From contig SVUC01000003.1 in NCBI GenBank assembly GCA_015063455.1, positions 1-46,549 of the forward strand: a stretch of 46,549 nucleotides of DNA. The letters are read 5' to 3'. The stretch is from Oscillospiraceae bacterium. Lineage in GTDB: Bacteria; Bacillota; Clostridia; Oscillospirales; CAG-272. Made by a program: the position numbers and the translations under genes. The notes under the pieces were generated by a model that worked only from the letters and a program-made list of their open reading frames with translations, was not told the DNA's origin and did no database searches. Positions within the stretch are counted from its first letter, which is position 1. The number at the start of each line of letters is the position of its first letter. Positions 1-9,129 of the stretch are shown here, piece after piece.

Positions 1-942
1 GTATTGGGGAAGAGAATGAAGCATATATTTGTCGGAGACGTTGATCTTTCATCCACGAGGATGGGCGGCGATGATATTCGGAGGTTGTTCGAAGGGATAG
101 TCGGCGAGAGATTATCCACACCCGAATTCGAGCTTGACGGATCGTCACTTTCGATGAAGATGCACACGGTTCAGACGTACACCTGCACATCGGGAATGTT
201 CTCATGCGCGGCATCGAGCGTACACAGGTACTATGGTGATAAACACGGCTGCGATGCAAACTCCGATGAGGACAGCGATGCGGTGAATATTGACGGATCG
301 GAGGAATCTGCGAAGGTTGACGTGACGGACAACGCGCCCGAGGATATATGCGGAGATGTAATTACGGCATTTGAGGCGAGGGGCAAGCAGTACATGATAA
401 TATCGGACGGAATGGGAAGCGGAAGGGAAGCGGCGCTCACATCGGGGGTAGTGGTGTCACTTCTTGAGAGGCTTATCATGAGCGGTGCTGAGCTTGAGAC
501 TTCGCTGAAGATGCTCAACAGTATTGTGCGCTCGTGCGGACGAGAATGCTCAGCGACAGTTGACATAGCGGAGATCGACTGTGTCAGCGGTGAGGCGAGG
601 TTCATCAAAAGCGGCGCGGCACCCTCATTCGTGCTCAGGGACGGCAGTATATTCAGGCTTCAGTCAAAGACGGTTCCGATTGGAATAATAAGGGCGCTTG
701 ACGCCGAGATGATAAAGTTTGACGTGCAGGCAGGGGATACTGTAGTTATGATATCGGACGGTGCGGCGAGGTCATATGATGAAGCTCCGTGGCTTCTTGA
801 TCTGATGTCGGCAAATGATTCTGTACTCAAGGGGGATGAGCAGGATGCCGCAATCACGATCGTATCGGAGGCTGCGATCCGCGGCTCTGTGGACGACATT
901 ACTGCGGGAGTAATGCGTATCAGGGCGGCGGAGACAAAGTAA
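1..942 (+). CDS. spoIIE: SpoIIE-family PP2C phosphatase, C-terminal part (5' truncated by window edge)
   Basis: Frame open from base 1; PP2C/SpoIIE motifs ICGD, IISDGMGSG, SATVD, KSGAAPSF, MISDG, DDIT. Confidence 0.8.
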   Translation, partial: VLGKRMKHIFVGDVDLSSTRMGGDDIRRLFEGIVGERLSTPEFELDGSSLSMKMHTVQTYTCTSGMFSCAASSVHRYYGDKHGCDANSDEDSDAVNIDGSEESAKVDVTDNAPEDICGDVITAFEARGKQYMIISDGMGSGREAALTSGVVVSLLERLIMSGAELETSLKMLNSIVRSCGRECSATVDIAEIDCVSGEARFIKSGAAPSFVLRDGSIFRLQSKTVPIGIIRALDAEMIKFDVQAGDTVVMISDGAARSYDEAPWLLDLMSANDSVLKGDEQDAAITIVSEAAIRGSVDDITAGVMRIRAAETK

Positions 943-957
943 ACTTTGGTATTATGC

Positions 958-1012
958 AAGAAAAGAAAAAAGAGAGAGCTTATGATGAAGATCTCTCTTT
1001 TTCTTTTTTTCT
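958..1012. terminator. Purine/pyrimidine hairpin after spoIIE, probable intrinsic terminator
   Basis: aaaagaaaaagagagag...atctctctttttcttttttt inverted repeat with T-tract. Confidence 0.5.
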
Positions 1013-1024
1013 TTGGTTGATTCA

Positions 1025-1471
1025 TTTTAGGGAAGCAATTTGCCGGATGCAAATTGCAATAGGTTTTCTTTGTCCTTACTCACCGAAGGTGAGTGGGCGG
1101 ACGGCGCACAAACTACTTTCATTCGGAAAGTGATTCAAGCCACACCTTTGTGAATACCGGCTATCAAGGGGTGAGTCGTGCAATTCACCGATGGTGAACA
1201 GCACTCCGATCCCCCCTTAAGTATCCCCCCTAAATTTACGGAAATATTGTAATCGAGACGCGACCAACAACTGCCGCGTCGATGAGGTATAACTTGAAAT
1301 TTGTACCCATAGGGGAGAATTCTTAAAGAGGGGATGTGGCATCCCGCAGGGAATGCCCCCTCTTTAAGTACCTGGATTCACAAGGACTCGGCACGAGAGT
1401 CCTTGTACGCCCCACGCGCAGTGGAAAGAAAGATCTAACGATTCGCACGAATCGTAATTTTGTGCACTCCC
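1025..1471 (+). repeat. Large multi-hairpin palindromic element, copy A
   Basis: Shares modules with copies at 9.1, 11.3, 40.5 and 41.1 kb: gcaatttgc..gcaaattgc hairpin (1035-1057), core gacgcg..cgcgtc (1257-1280), cttaaagagggg..cccctctttaag (1322-1368), acaaggactc..gagtccttgt (1380-1406). Lies between convergent genes. Confidence 0.9.
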
Positions 1472-1478
1472 TAAAGCG

Positions 1479-2084
1479 TCATAACCCTCGGCAGAGCTCC
1501 TCAAGTTCATCCGCACTCACAAGCATCCCGAGTGCGCGGTGCAGAGCGTTTGCGTTCATTCCTTGCGGCAGCCCGAGTCGGAGACAAAGTCTGTCCCGCA
1601 TCTCAGCCGCATTGTCACCGCCTGTGAGCCCAAGCTCACACATTAAAGATCGCGGGATCTCGGATCTCTTCTCCATATTCCCCTCACCGGAGGACGAGAA
1701 TTCAGGATGAACGGAGACAAACTTTGCGAATATCTCCCTGAGAATACCCGAATCTATCCCCTCAACTCCGAGGAAGCCTTCCTTTGACGCTTTTTCCTTA
1801 CGCCTCTCTTTTCCCTCGATCTGCGGCGTGTACAGATCGTATACCTTAATTCCACCGAGAATTCCTCTCAGATGAGACCTTATCACCTTTCCCCCGTTGT
1901 CGCTGTCGCAGAGGATCACGATCCCACGCTCACCGAGCTTTCTGATCAGCGCGCGCTTTTCTTCGCTTTTGAATACCCCAAAGCCGTCTGTGGTGATTAT
2001 TGTTCCATCAATTATTGACGAAAGACGGGCTTTGTCGTATTTCCCCTCAACGATCACGGGAATGTTTATCTTGATCTTGTCCAT
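1479..2084 (-). CDS. rnmV: Ribonuclease M5-like Toprim protein (DUF4093 C-terminus)
   Basis: IVEGKYD and CDSDNGG Toprim motifs; GVEG and C-terminal LGL..N pattern of RNase M5. Confidence 0.8.
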   Translation of the reverse strand: MDKIKINIPVIVEGKYDKARLSSIIDGTIITTDGFGVFKSEEKRALIRKLGERGIVILCDSDNGGKVIRSHLRGILGGIKVYDLYTPQIEGKERRKEKASKEGFLGVEGIDSGILREIFAKFVSVHPEFSSSGEGNMEKRSEIPRSLMCELGLTGGDNAAEMRDRLCLRLGLPQGMNANALHRALGMLVSADELEELCRGL

Positions 2085-3143
2085 TTATCTTCCCTCAGCT
2101 TCTCCGAGTACGCACGAGCAGATCAGCTTCTCGATCACTCCGTAATCTGCGCCGCCTGTTTTCATCTCGAGATCACTTTCAGCACATTTTTTCATAATTC
2201 CTGCGAAAAATTCAAACGGTGCACTCTTCGCGGCTTTCCAGTAAAGCCCTGCCTTGTATTCGTGCATCTTCATTGTTTTGGCAAAATCCGCTTTTTCACG
2301 GCCGTCGAGGATGTACGCCGCGGCGCAGGCGAGATCGGAGAACACCTTGGTGATCTGTGAGAGGAGATAGATCGGATCTTCTCTCAGCCTCATTTTTACC
2401 GCAAGAGCTGACAGCGCAGCTGAAATGTTTCCCTCAAGCACGCAGTTTGCGAGACGAAATGCGTCATCTTCATCTGTTCGGGTTACGCAGATCTTCACGT
2501 CCTCCGGCAGAACCTCACGCCGTCCGCTTGACGCAACGTATGCCGCAGTTTTTCGCATCTCACCGATCAGGCGGTACATTGAACGTCCGCAGAGATTGAT
2601 GATCTCCTGCGAAACGTAAGGTGATATCGTCAGCCCGTATCCCGCAAAATGTCTCTCCATCCAGCGATGGAGCTTTCCGACAGGCTGAAATTCAAACTCG
2701 ATGACTTTCATAAATTTTGAAGCTTCGCGGAGAAATACCGACGGCCTTTTCGCCTGTCCGGCGTCAAATCCGCTCTCCGGAACACGAATGATCACAACTG
2801 TGTCGGAATAATCAGCCTCGCTGTGAGATTCGAGCAGGGAGAGAAGCTCACTTCTGTCTCGCTCCTTCAGCGAATCGAGGCTTGAGAAATAAATATCGAC
2901 AAGCTTTTTGTCAGACAGCATCGGCGGTGAGAGAAGGGCATCCGATATGGCGGGGAGATCTACCTCGCCGTCCCCGAAAACGAACTGAAAGCAGTTGAAC
3001 GCGGCGAGAGTTTCGTCGTCACAGATCTGTGATTTTATCTCAGCCGCGCGGTGATTTTTCAGATAATCCTCGTCGCCGTAGAAAAAGTATATTCCCGATA
3101 CCGATGCGGATTTTATTTCACTTGTAAGTTCTGTTTCTGTCAT
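2085..3143 (-). CDS. holA: DNA polymerase III delta subunit
   Basis: IYFFYGDEDYL start, SPPMLSDKKLV, 352 aa, C-terminal DLEMKTG. Confidence 0.85.
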   Translation of the reverse strand: MTETELTSEIKSASVSGIYFFYGDEDYLKNHRAAEIKSQICDDETLAAFNCFQFVFGDGEVDLPAISDALLSPPMLSDKKLVDIYFSSLDSLKERDRSELLSLLESHSEADYSDTVVIIRVPESGFDAGQAKRPSVFLREASKFMKVIEFEFQPVGKLHRWMERHFAGYGLTISPYVSQEIINLCGRSMYRLIGEMRKTAAYVASSGRREVLPEDVKICVTRTDEDDAFRLANCVLEGNISAALSALAVKMRLREDPIYLLSQITKVFSDLACAAAYILDGREKADFAKTMKMHEYKAGLYWKAAKSAPFEFFAGIMKKCAESDLEMKTGGADYGVIEKLICSCVLGEAEGR

Positions 3144-3288
3144 TGAAAAATCCTTTTTTGATAATAGAAAATTATTGTTAAAAGATTATAATTATGTTTT
3201 AACCCGAAGAGTGATATTTTTTCACACTTGGCGAGTACAATATATAGTATAAGAAGTATTTATGTGTTTTTTAAACAGGAGAGACTTT

Positions 3289-4395
3289 ATGGCAAATATT
3301 ATTGATTATCTTCATTGGAGAGGCGATCTTGCGTTTTCCGCCTCACCTTTCTGTGAGGTCGATAATCTTATCCTCTCAATGCTCTCACTTGTCGATTACG
3401 GCGGAATTATCGCTGACGACGTCCTGCCGTCTCCGATCAAGCTGTCAGATTGTTATAAAAAATATAAAGAGATCCACCCGAATGGTGAAGAATTCGGTGC
3501 GATCGTTCCTGTGGTGATGAACGATCTGTTTGAACTCGTCGCAAAATCTGCGAGATTCTCTGATCTTTATGTCACGTCGTACCGTGAAAAATCGAGCGAG
3601 GCTGAGTTTGCACAGTTCGCCGCGATCACGTTTGTCCTTCCCGACAATTCGGTATTTGTTTCGTACAGAGGTACGGATGACACCTTAAACGGCTGGAGAG
3701 AGGACTTCAACCTCAGCTTCACCTATCCCGTTGTGGCACAGAAAATGGCGGCTGAATATCTCACTGACATCGCCTCGATGGTCGGCGGAAAAATACGTCT
3801 CGGCGGACACTCAAAGGGTGGGCATCTTGCAATCTTTGCAGCCGCTTTTGCGCCGAAGAACGTGCGGGAGAGGATCATTACCGCATACAGCAATGACGGC
3901 CCGGGATTCGTTGAAGAGGTGATCGAATCTGAGGGATACCGCGAGCTGTCTGATTGCGGAAAGCTTGCTGTTATCGTTCCGCAGTCGTCTGTGATCGGAA
4001 TGCTTCTTGAGCACAGCGAGGATTACACAGTGATCGAGAGCACCATGTCGAACGGGCTTTTCCAGCACGATCCGTTTTCGTGGAGCGTTATCGGAAACCG
4101 ATTTGTACACAGCGAAAAGCTGTCGAAGAGTGGGGAGATGCACGACGCTGTTCTCGGAAAATGGCTTGGGGAAATGAGTGTTGACCAGCGGCGCGAATTT
4201 ACCGAGACGATGTTCGGAATAATTGAATCCACAGGTGCAAAGACGCTGAGCGATTTCGCGGTAGACGGATTCGGCAAGCTGTCAGCTGCGATCCGTGCTA
4301 TTGGAGGAATGGACAAGGAGACGAGGGAGAACATGACAAAGATCGTCCGCCGTCTCGCTGAGGTCAGCGTTGAGTGGAGAAAAAATAACAGTTGA
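3289..4395 (+). CDS. DUF2974 (Mbeg1-like) alpha/beta hydrolase
   Basis: NIIDYLHWRGD, SYRGTDDTL.GWREDF, lipase box GHSKGG, DGPGF, HDPFSW; AGGAG RBS before ATG 3289. Confidence 0.85.
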   Translation: MANIIDYLHWRGDLAFSASPFCEVDNLILSMLSLVDYGGIIADDVLPSPIKLSDCYKKYKEIHPNGEEFGAIVPVVMNDLFELVAKSARFSDLYVTSYREKSSEAEFAQFAAITFVLPDNSVFVSYRGTDDTLNGWREDFNLSFTYPVVAQKMAAEYLTDIASMVGGKIRLGGHSKGGHLAIFAAAFAPKNVRERIITAYSNDGPGFVEEVIESEGYRELSDCGKLAVIVPQSSVIGMLLEHSEDYTVIESTMSNGLFQHDPFSWSVIGNRFVHSEKLSKSGEMHDAVLGKWLGEMSVDQRREFTETMFGIIESTGAKTLSDFAVDGFGKLSAAIRAIGGMDKETRENMTKIVRRLAEVSVEWRKNNS

Positions 4396-4412
4396 TAAAA
4401 TCTATCATAATA

Positions 4413-4441
4413 ATTATACCGCCCGTATAAGTCAATGTCAA
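4413..4441 (-). promoter_or_regulatory. Consensus sigma-A promoter on the minus strand, antisense to the DUF2974 gene
   Basis: Minus strand reads TTGACA (4441-4436), 17 bp, TATAAT (4418-4413). Confidence 0.65.
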
Positions 4442-4473
4442 GCGAAGAATGGCAGAAAAATATCCCGCCTTCC

Positions 4474-4502
4474 TTGACTTGACTACATCGGTGTGCTATA
4501 AT
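4474..4502 (+). promoter_or_regulatory. Sigma-A promoter for the GH28-like gene
   Basis: TTGACT-17bp-TATAAT with TG extension. Confidence 0.7.
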
Positions 4503-4566
4503 ATAATTGAATATCTGTAGGAAAATACAGATGTTAAATTTTAATTATATATGTTGGAGAAAAAAT

Positions 4567-5538
4567 ATGGATTCACGATATCTTCAGTCACTTGTTGACA
4601 ACAAGGATGCGGAAGGGAACGTTGTATTCCCGCCGATCAATCCCAGAACGGGAGACAATACTTACATAATCGAAAAGGCGATCGAGCTTGATTCACACAC
4701 GCACGTTACTCTTGACGGATGCAGAATGGTTCTCGCTGACGGAGTTTACGAGGGTGTATTTATCAGCAAGGGTATGTGGTACGAGGGTGTGCTCGAGAGC
4801 GATCTTTGCGATATTTCTATCGTCGGTAAAAACGGTGTTGTGTTCGACGGCGTTTCCACAAACGGTCTCACCGAGAGAACAGAAAAAGAGCTTGGTGTTC
4901 CCGTGCTGAGAAATTCCTTTATCAACCTCCGCGGTGTAAAAGGCTTCAGAATTGCCGATCTTCACCTCACTCACGGACGTTACTGGGGTATTACTCTCCA
5001 CTACTCGTCAGACGGTGTTATCGAAAACATCGACTACGATTTTGCAAACGATATGCGAAATCAGGACGGAATCGACCTCAGACGAGGCTGTTCCAATATC
5101 GTGATCCGCAACATTACAGGAAGATGCGGCGACGACGTTGTTGCTCTGACAGCTCTGAACGGATACGGCGAAACTGTATATGCCGATTCAACCGAATATC
5201 CGCCTCACGCTGTTGCGGGAATTGCGCCTCACATCACTGATGTCATAATCGAGAAGATCCACGCTGCCTGCTCGGGCGGACACGGAATCGTTCGTCTCCT
5301 CTGTCATGACGGAAACTGCGTCAAGAGAATTCAGATCGTCGATGTTGTCGACAAGAGACTCGAATGGGACGCACCGCCGGCGTACTCCGCTATCAGAATC
5401 GGAGATGACAGATACGCATATCACCACCGTGCAAGTCGTGAAGATATGACCGATATTACAATAAACGGTCTCGTATCCCACGCGAAGACTGATATTCTTG
5501 TGTGGGAAGGTGCTGAAGCTCCCACAATAATCAAGTAA
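4567..5538 (+). CDS. GH28-like/pectin-lyase-fold beta-helix protein
   Basis: NQDGID, GDD and GHG motifs typical of GH28; beta-helix periodicity; GGAG RBS before ATG 4567; no signal peptide seen. Confidence 0.65.
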   Translation: MDSRYLQSLVDNKDAEGNVVFPPINPRTGDNTYIIEKAIELDSHTHVTLDGCRMVLADGVYEGVFISKGMWYEGVLESDLCDISIVGKNGVVFDGVSTNGLTERTEKELGVPVLRNSFINLRGVKGFRIADLHLTHGRYWGITLHYSSDGVIENIDYDFANDMRNQDGIDLRRGCSNIVIRNITGRCGDDVVALTALNGYGETVYADSTEYPPHAVAGIAPHITDVIIEKIHAACSGGHGIVRLLCHDGNCVKRIQIVDVVDKRLEWDAPPAYSAIRIGDDRYAYHHRASREDMTDITINGLVSHAKTDILVWEGAEAPTIIK

Positions 5539-5554
5539 ATTATTCTGAAAAAGT

Positions 5555-5590
5555 ATACTCCGCAGGCTGTTTTTTCGTCCTACGGAGTAT
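5555..5590. terminator. Hairpin after the GH28-like gene
   Basis: atactccg..cggagtat inverted repeat; no clean downstream T-tract. Confidence 0.35.
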
Positions 5591-5628
5591 TCTCAATAAA
5601 AGATATACCAAAGAAAGAGAAATTTGAA

Positions 5629-6687
5629 ATGAAAAAAGAAAAAGATCCAAAGATCGGTATTGTCGGCGGACAGGCTGTACTTGAAGGTGTTATGATGAAA
5701 TCGGGAGACCGCTGCTCTCTCGCTGTGAGAATGCCTGACGGAAAGATCAAGCTCGACAACTCGGAGCACGTCTCACTCAGAAAGCGGAAGAAGATCTGCA
5801 ATCTTCCGGTTGTCCGCGGATGCGTGTCGTTCGTTGAACAGATGATACTCGCCATGGATATGCTGACAAAATCTGCCGATATGCAGGGGATCGACACAGA
5901 CGAGCCTGAGACAAAATTTGAAAAATGGCTCCTTGAAAAATTCGGAGACAAGCTGATGACTGTAGTTGCGGGAATCGGAATGGTTCTCGGACTTGCGCTC
6001 GGACTCGGACTTTTCATCATGCTCCCGACCTTTATCGCAAAGGGAATCGACTACCTCGCGGGCGGACGTGTGTCTGAGATCGCGTTTATCGGCTCACTTA
6101 TCGAAGGTATCGTGAGAATCGCCTTGTTTGTCGGATACGTCTGGGCGGTGTCGCTGATGCCCGATATCAGACGCACTTACGAATATCACGGTGCTGAGCA
6201 CAAGTCTGTATTCTGCTTTGAGGCAGGACTCGAGCTCACTCCCGAGAACGCGAGAAAAATGTCGCGTCTGCACCCGAGATGCGGCACAAGCTTCATTTTT
6301 GTGATGCTTCTTCTTTCGATAATTCTCAATTCATTTCTTACCTGGGACAACGTGTGGATCCGCTTTGGCTCAAAGATCTTGATGCTTCCTCTTATCGTTG
6401 GAATCGGGTACGAGTTTATCAGATTTGCGGGCGCACACGACAATGTTTTCACGCGCATCATCTCAGCTCCGGGCAAGTGGATGCAGCACATCACAACACG
6501 CGAGCCGTCTGACGAGCAGCTTGAGGTCGCTCTTGCGGCGCTGAGAAACGCGATCCCCACAGAGTTTGGCGGAGTCGTACAGGGCAGCGGAATTCTCACT
6601 GATGACGGAGTTACGATTCCCGATAATGATGAGAAAAAAGACAGCGTTTCCTCCGCAGACTCGGGGGACAGCAAAGCGGAAGCATGA
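5629..6687 (+). CDS. DUF1385 membrane protein (YqhQ-like)
   Basis: GGQAVLEGVMM, YHGAEHK, HPRCGTSF, TTREP motifs; usual neighbour of prmC. Confidence 0.9.
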   Translation: MKKEKDPKIGIVGGQAVLEGVMMKSGDRCSLAVRMPDGKIKLDNSEHVSLRKRKKICNLPVVRGCVSFVEQMILAMDMLTKSADMQGIDTDEPETKFEKWLLEKFGDKLMTVVAGIGMVLGLALGLGLFIMLPTFIAKGIDYLAGGRVSEIAFIGSLIEGIVRIALFVGYVWAVSLMPDIRRTYEYHGAEHKSVFCFEAGLELTPENARKMSRLHPRCGTSFIFVMLLLSIILNSFLTWDNVWIRFGSKILMLPLIVGIGYEFIRFAGAHDNVFTRIISAPGKWMQHITTREPSDEQLEVALAALRNAIPTEFGGVVQGSGILTDDGVTIPDNDEKKDSVSSADSGDSKAEA

Positions 6688-7508
6688 CTTTATCCGAAAT
6701 TGCAAAAAAACTGACAGAGGGCGGTATCGATCACGAAGCAGCGAGATTTGAGGCACGCCTTCTTGTCGCTCATATAACGAAAAAAACACCCGCGCAGATA
6801 CTCGCAGATCCTCTGGCCGATTACGATTCTCCCGCGCTTATTGAAGCGGTTGAGAAGAGGGCGGGGAGATATCCTCTGCAGTACATCGTCGGTGAATGGG
6901 AATTTTGCGGTCTGCCGATCAAGGTGAACGAGAATTGCCTTATCCCTCGGGCAGACACGGAGATCACAGCCGAATACGCTATAGAAAACATGGTGGAGAG
7001 CGGTCGGTATCTCGATCTCTGCACAGGCTCGGGATGTATTGCGGCGGCGGTATTGCATTATACGAGATCGAAAAAATCGTCGGGATATGCAGTGGAGCTG
7101 TGCCGAGATACTGCATCTCTTGCGAGAGAAAACATCAGCCGACTTGGGTTGTCAGATGTGTGCGAGGTTGTTGAGGGGGATGCGGCAATCGATTTATTCC
7201 CCGGGGAATATTTTGATATTATTACGGCAAATCCGCCGTACATTGCCGAGGATGAGATGGACTCTCTTGAAGCGGAGCTGTCGCACGAGCCGCGGATCGC
7301 TCTGACCGACGGCGGAGACGGTCTTTCACTTATCCGCGCGATCATTGAAGTTTGGGGAAAAAAGCTCAGATGCGGCGGTCAGATGATAATTGAGCACGGC
7401 TGGAAGCAGGGGGATGCGGTTCGGGGAATCGCTGAAGAATTCGGAATGAAGTACACACCCCTGAAGGACCTCTCAGGAAATGTTCGTGCGGCTGTTCTGC
7501 ACTGCTGA
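6684..7508 (+). CDS. prmC: Release factor glutamine N5-methyltransferase
   Basis: PLQYIVG, LIPRADTE, DLCTGSGCI, NPPY, GGDGL; ATGA overlap with DUF1385. Confidence 0.93.
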   Translation: MTLSEIAKKLTEGGIDHEAARFEARLLVAHITKKTPAQILADPLADYDSPALIEAVEKRAGRYPLQYIVGEWEFCGLPIKVNENCLIPRADTEITAEYAIENMVESGRYLDLCTGSGCIAAAVLHYTRSKKSSGYAVELCRDTASLARENISRLGLSDVCEVVEGDAAIDLFPGEYFDIITANPPYIAEDEMDSLEAELSHEPRIALTDGGDGLSLIRAIIEVWGKKLRCGGQMIIEHGWKQGDAVRGIAEEFGMKYTPLKDLSGNVRAAVLHC

Positions 7509-7569
7509 CGGAAGAAAAATCGCGCCTTATTCCAAAACGGAAAATAAAATTGACGTTACAGGTGGAATT

Positions 7570-9126
7570 ATGACATACATTAAATTTTGTGACACTACTC
7601 TCCGCGACGGTGAGCAGACACCCGGTGTGCATTTTGGTACTGCACAGAAGCTTGACATAACAAAGCGTCTTTCAAAAATGGGTGTTGATATTATCGAAGC
7701 GGGATTTCCTGCGTCATCTGTCGGAGATGCGGCGGCGGTTCGCGCGGTTGCTGAAGCGTCGGGCAGGGGCGAGCTTCACGGAGATCCTGTGATCTCAGCG
7801 CTCTCCCGCATGATACGGTCTGACATTGATGCGGCATCTGAGGCGATATCTCCCGCCAACAGACGACGGCTTCACATATTTATCGCAACAAGCGACATTC
7901 ACCTTGAAAATAAACTGAAGATCACGAGAGAAGAAGCTCTCGCAAGAATAAAAGAAAACGTAAGCTATGCGAAAGGTCTCGGCGTTTTTGACGAGATCGA
8001 GTTTTCGGCAGAGGATGCTACCCGAACAGATCCCGATTTTCTGATCGAAGCTGTACGCGCGGCGGTGTCAAGCGGAGCGGGGATCGTAAATATTCCCGAT
8101 ACTGTCGGATACACGACTCCCGATGAATTTTCACGCATCGTCAAGTCGGTGAGAGAAAATGTGGCGGGGGAATTTGAGATCAGCGTGCACTGTCACAACG
8201 ATCTCGGACTTGCGGCAGCAAACAGCCTTGCGGCGATCGAGGCGGGAGCTGTGCAGATCGAATGTACGGTAAACGGCCTCGGTGAGCGCGCGGGAAATGC
8301 GGCTATGGAAGAGATCGTGATGGCGCTCTCTGTGAGGGGAGATGTAATTCTCTCGGGCGGAGATAAGATCTTATGCGGAATAAATACACGCGAGATCGCT
8401 GAGACGAGCCGTATGGTGTCGTCGATCTCGGGTGTTGCGGTATCTCCGAACAAGGCGATCGTGGGCGCGAATGCGTTCTCTCACGCGAGCGGAATACATC
8501 AGCACGGGGTTATGGCGTCACGATCGACTTACGAGATCATGGATCCCGGGGTGATTGGTCTTTCTTCAAACAGCATCGTTCTCGGAAAGCTCAGCGGACG
8601 ACACGCTTTTGCGGACCGTGCGGCAAGTCTCGGGTACTCTCTCGATACTGCGGGAATTGATGCGGCATTTGCACGATTCAAAGAGATCGCTGACAAAAAA
8701 TCCGTGATAACGAATGATGACGTTCGTGCGATAATCGGTGAGTACCTCGACGGGCTCAGCGGAATGTATTATCTGAACACGTTCCAGATCCAATCTGGAA
8801 ATCACATAAAAGCGATGGCGCTTGTGTCGCTCAAGATACAAAACGGGGACTCCGAAGGGGAGATCGTTACCGAAGCGGCTCCGGGTGAGGGCCCGATCGA
8901 CGCGTCGTTCAATGCGATCAACCGCATTGCAGGGGCGGACGAAGCGGAGCTGATTTCCTACAACATTACTGCAATTACCGAAGGTACGGACGCTCTCGGT
9001 GAAGCCAAAGTTAAAATAAAGGTTGGCGAATCTGTCTTTACTGGCAGAGGTGTATCGACCGACGTGATCAAAGCCTCGATCAAGGCTTATCTCAGTGCGA
9101 TCAACAAGTGGAAGAATGTAAAGTGA
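7570..9126 (+). CDS. leuA: 2-isopropylmalate synthase
   Basis: [41 protein letters not shown]-terminal regulatory domain with DALGEA; start trimmed to ATG 7570. Confidence 0.9.
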   Translation: MTYIKFCDTTLRDGEQTPGVHFGTAQKLDITKRLSKMGVDIIEAGFPASSVGDAAAVRAVAEASGRGELHGDPVISALSRMIRSDIDAASEAISPANRRRLHIFIATSDIHLENKLKITREEALARIKENVSYAKGLGVFDEIEFSAEDATRTDPDFLIEAVRAAVSSGAGIVNIPDTVGYTTPDEFSRIVKSVRENVAGEFEISVHCHNDLGLAAANSLAAIEAGAVQIECTVNGLGERAGNAAMEEIVMALSVRGDVILSGGDKILCGINTREIAETSRMVSSISGVAVSPNKAIVGANAFSHASGIHQHGVMASRSTYEIMDPGVIGLSSNSIVLGKLSGRHAFADRAASLGYSLDTAGIDAAFARFKEIADKKSVITNDDVRAIIGEYLDGLSGMYYLNTFQIQSGNHIKAMALVSLKIQNGDSEGEIVTEAAPGEGPIDASFNAINRIAGADEAELISYNITAITEGTDALGEAKVKIKVGESVFTGRGVSTDVIKASIKAYLSAINKWKNVK

Positions 9127-9129
9127 GTT

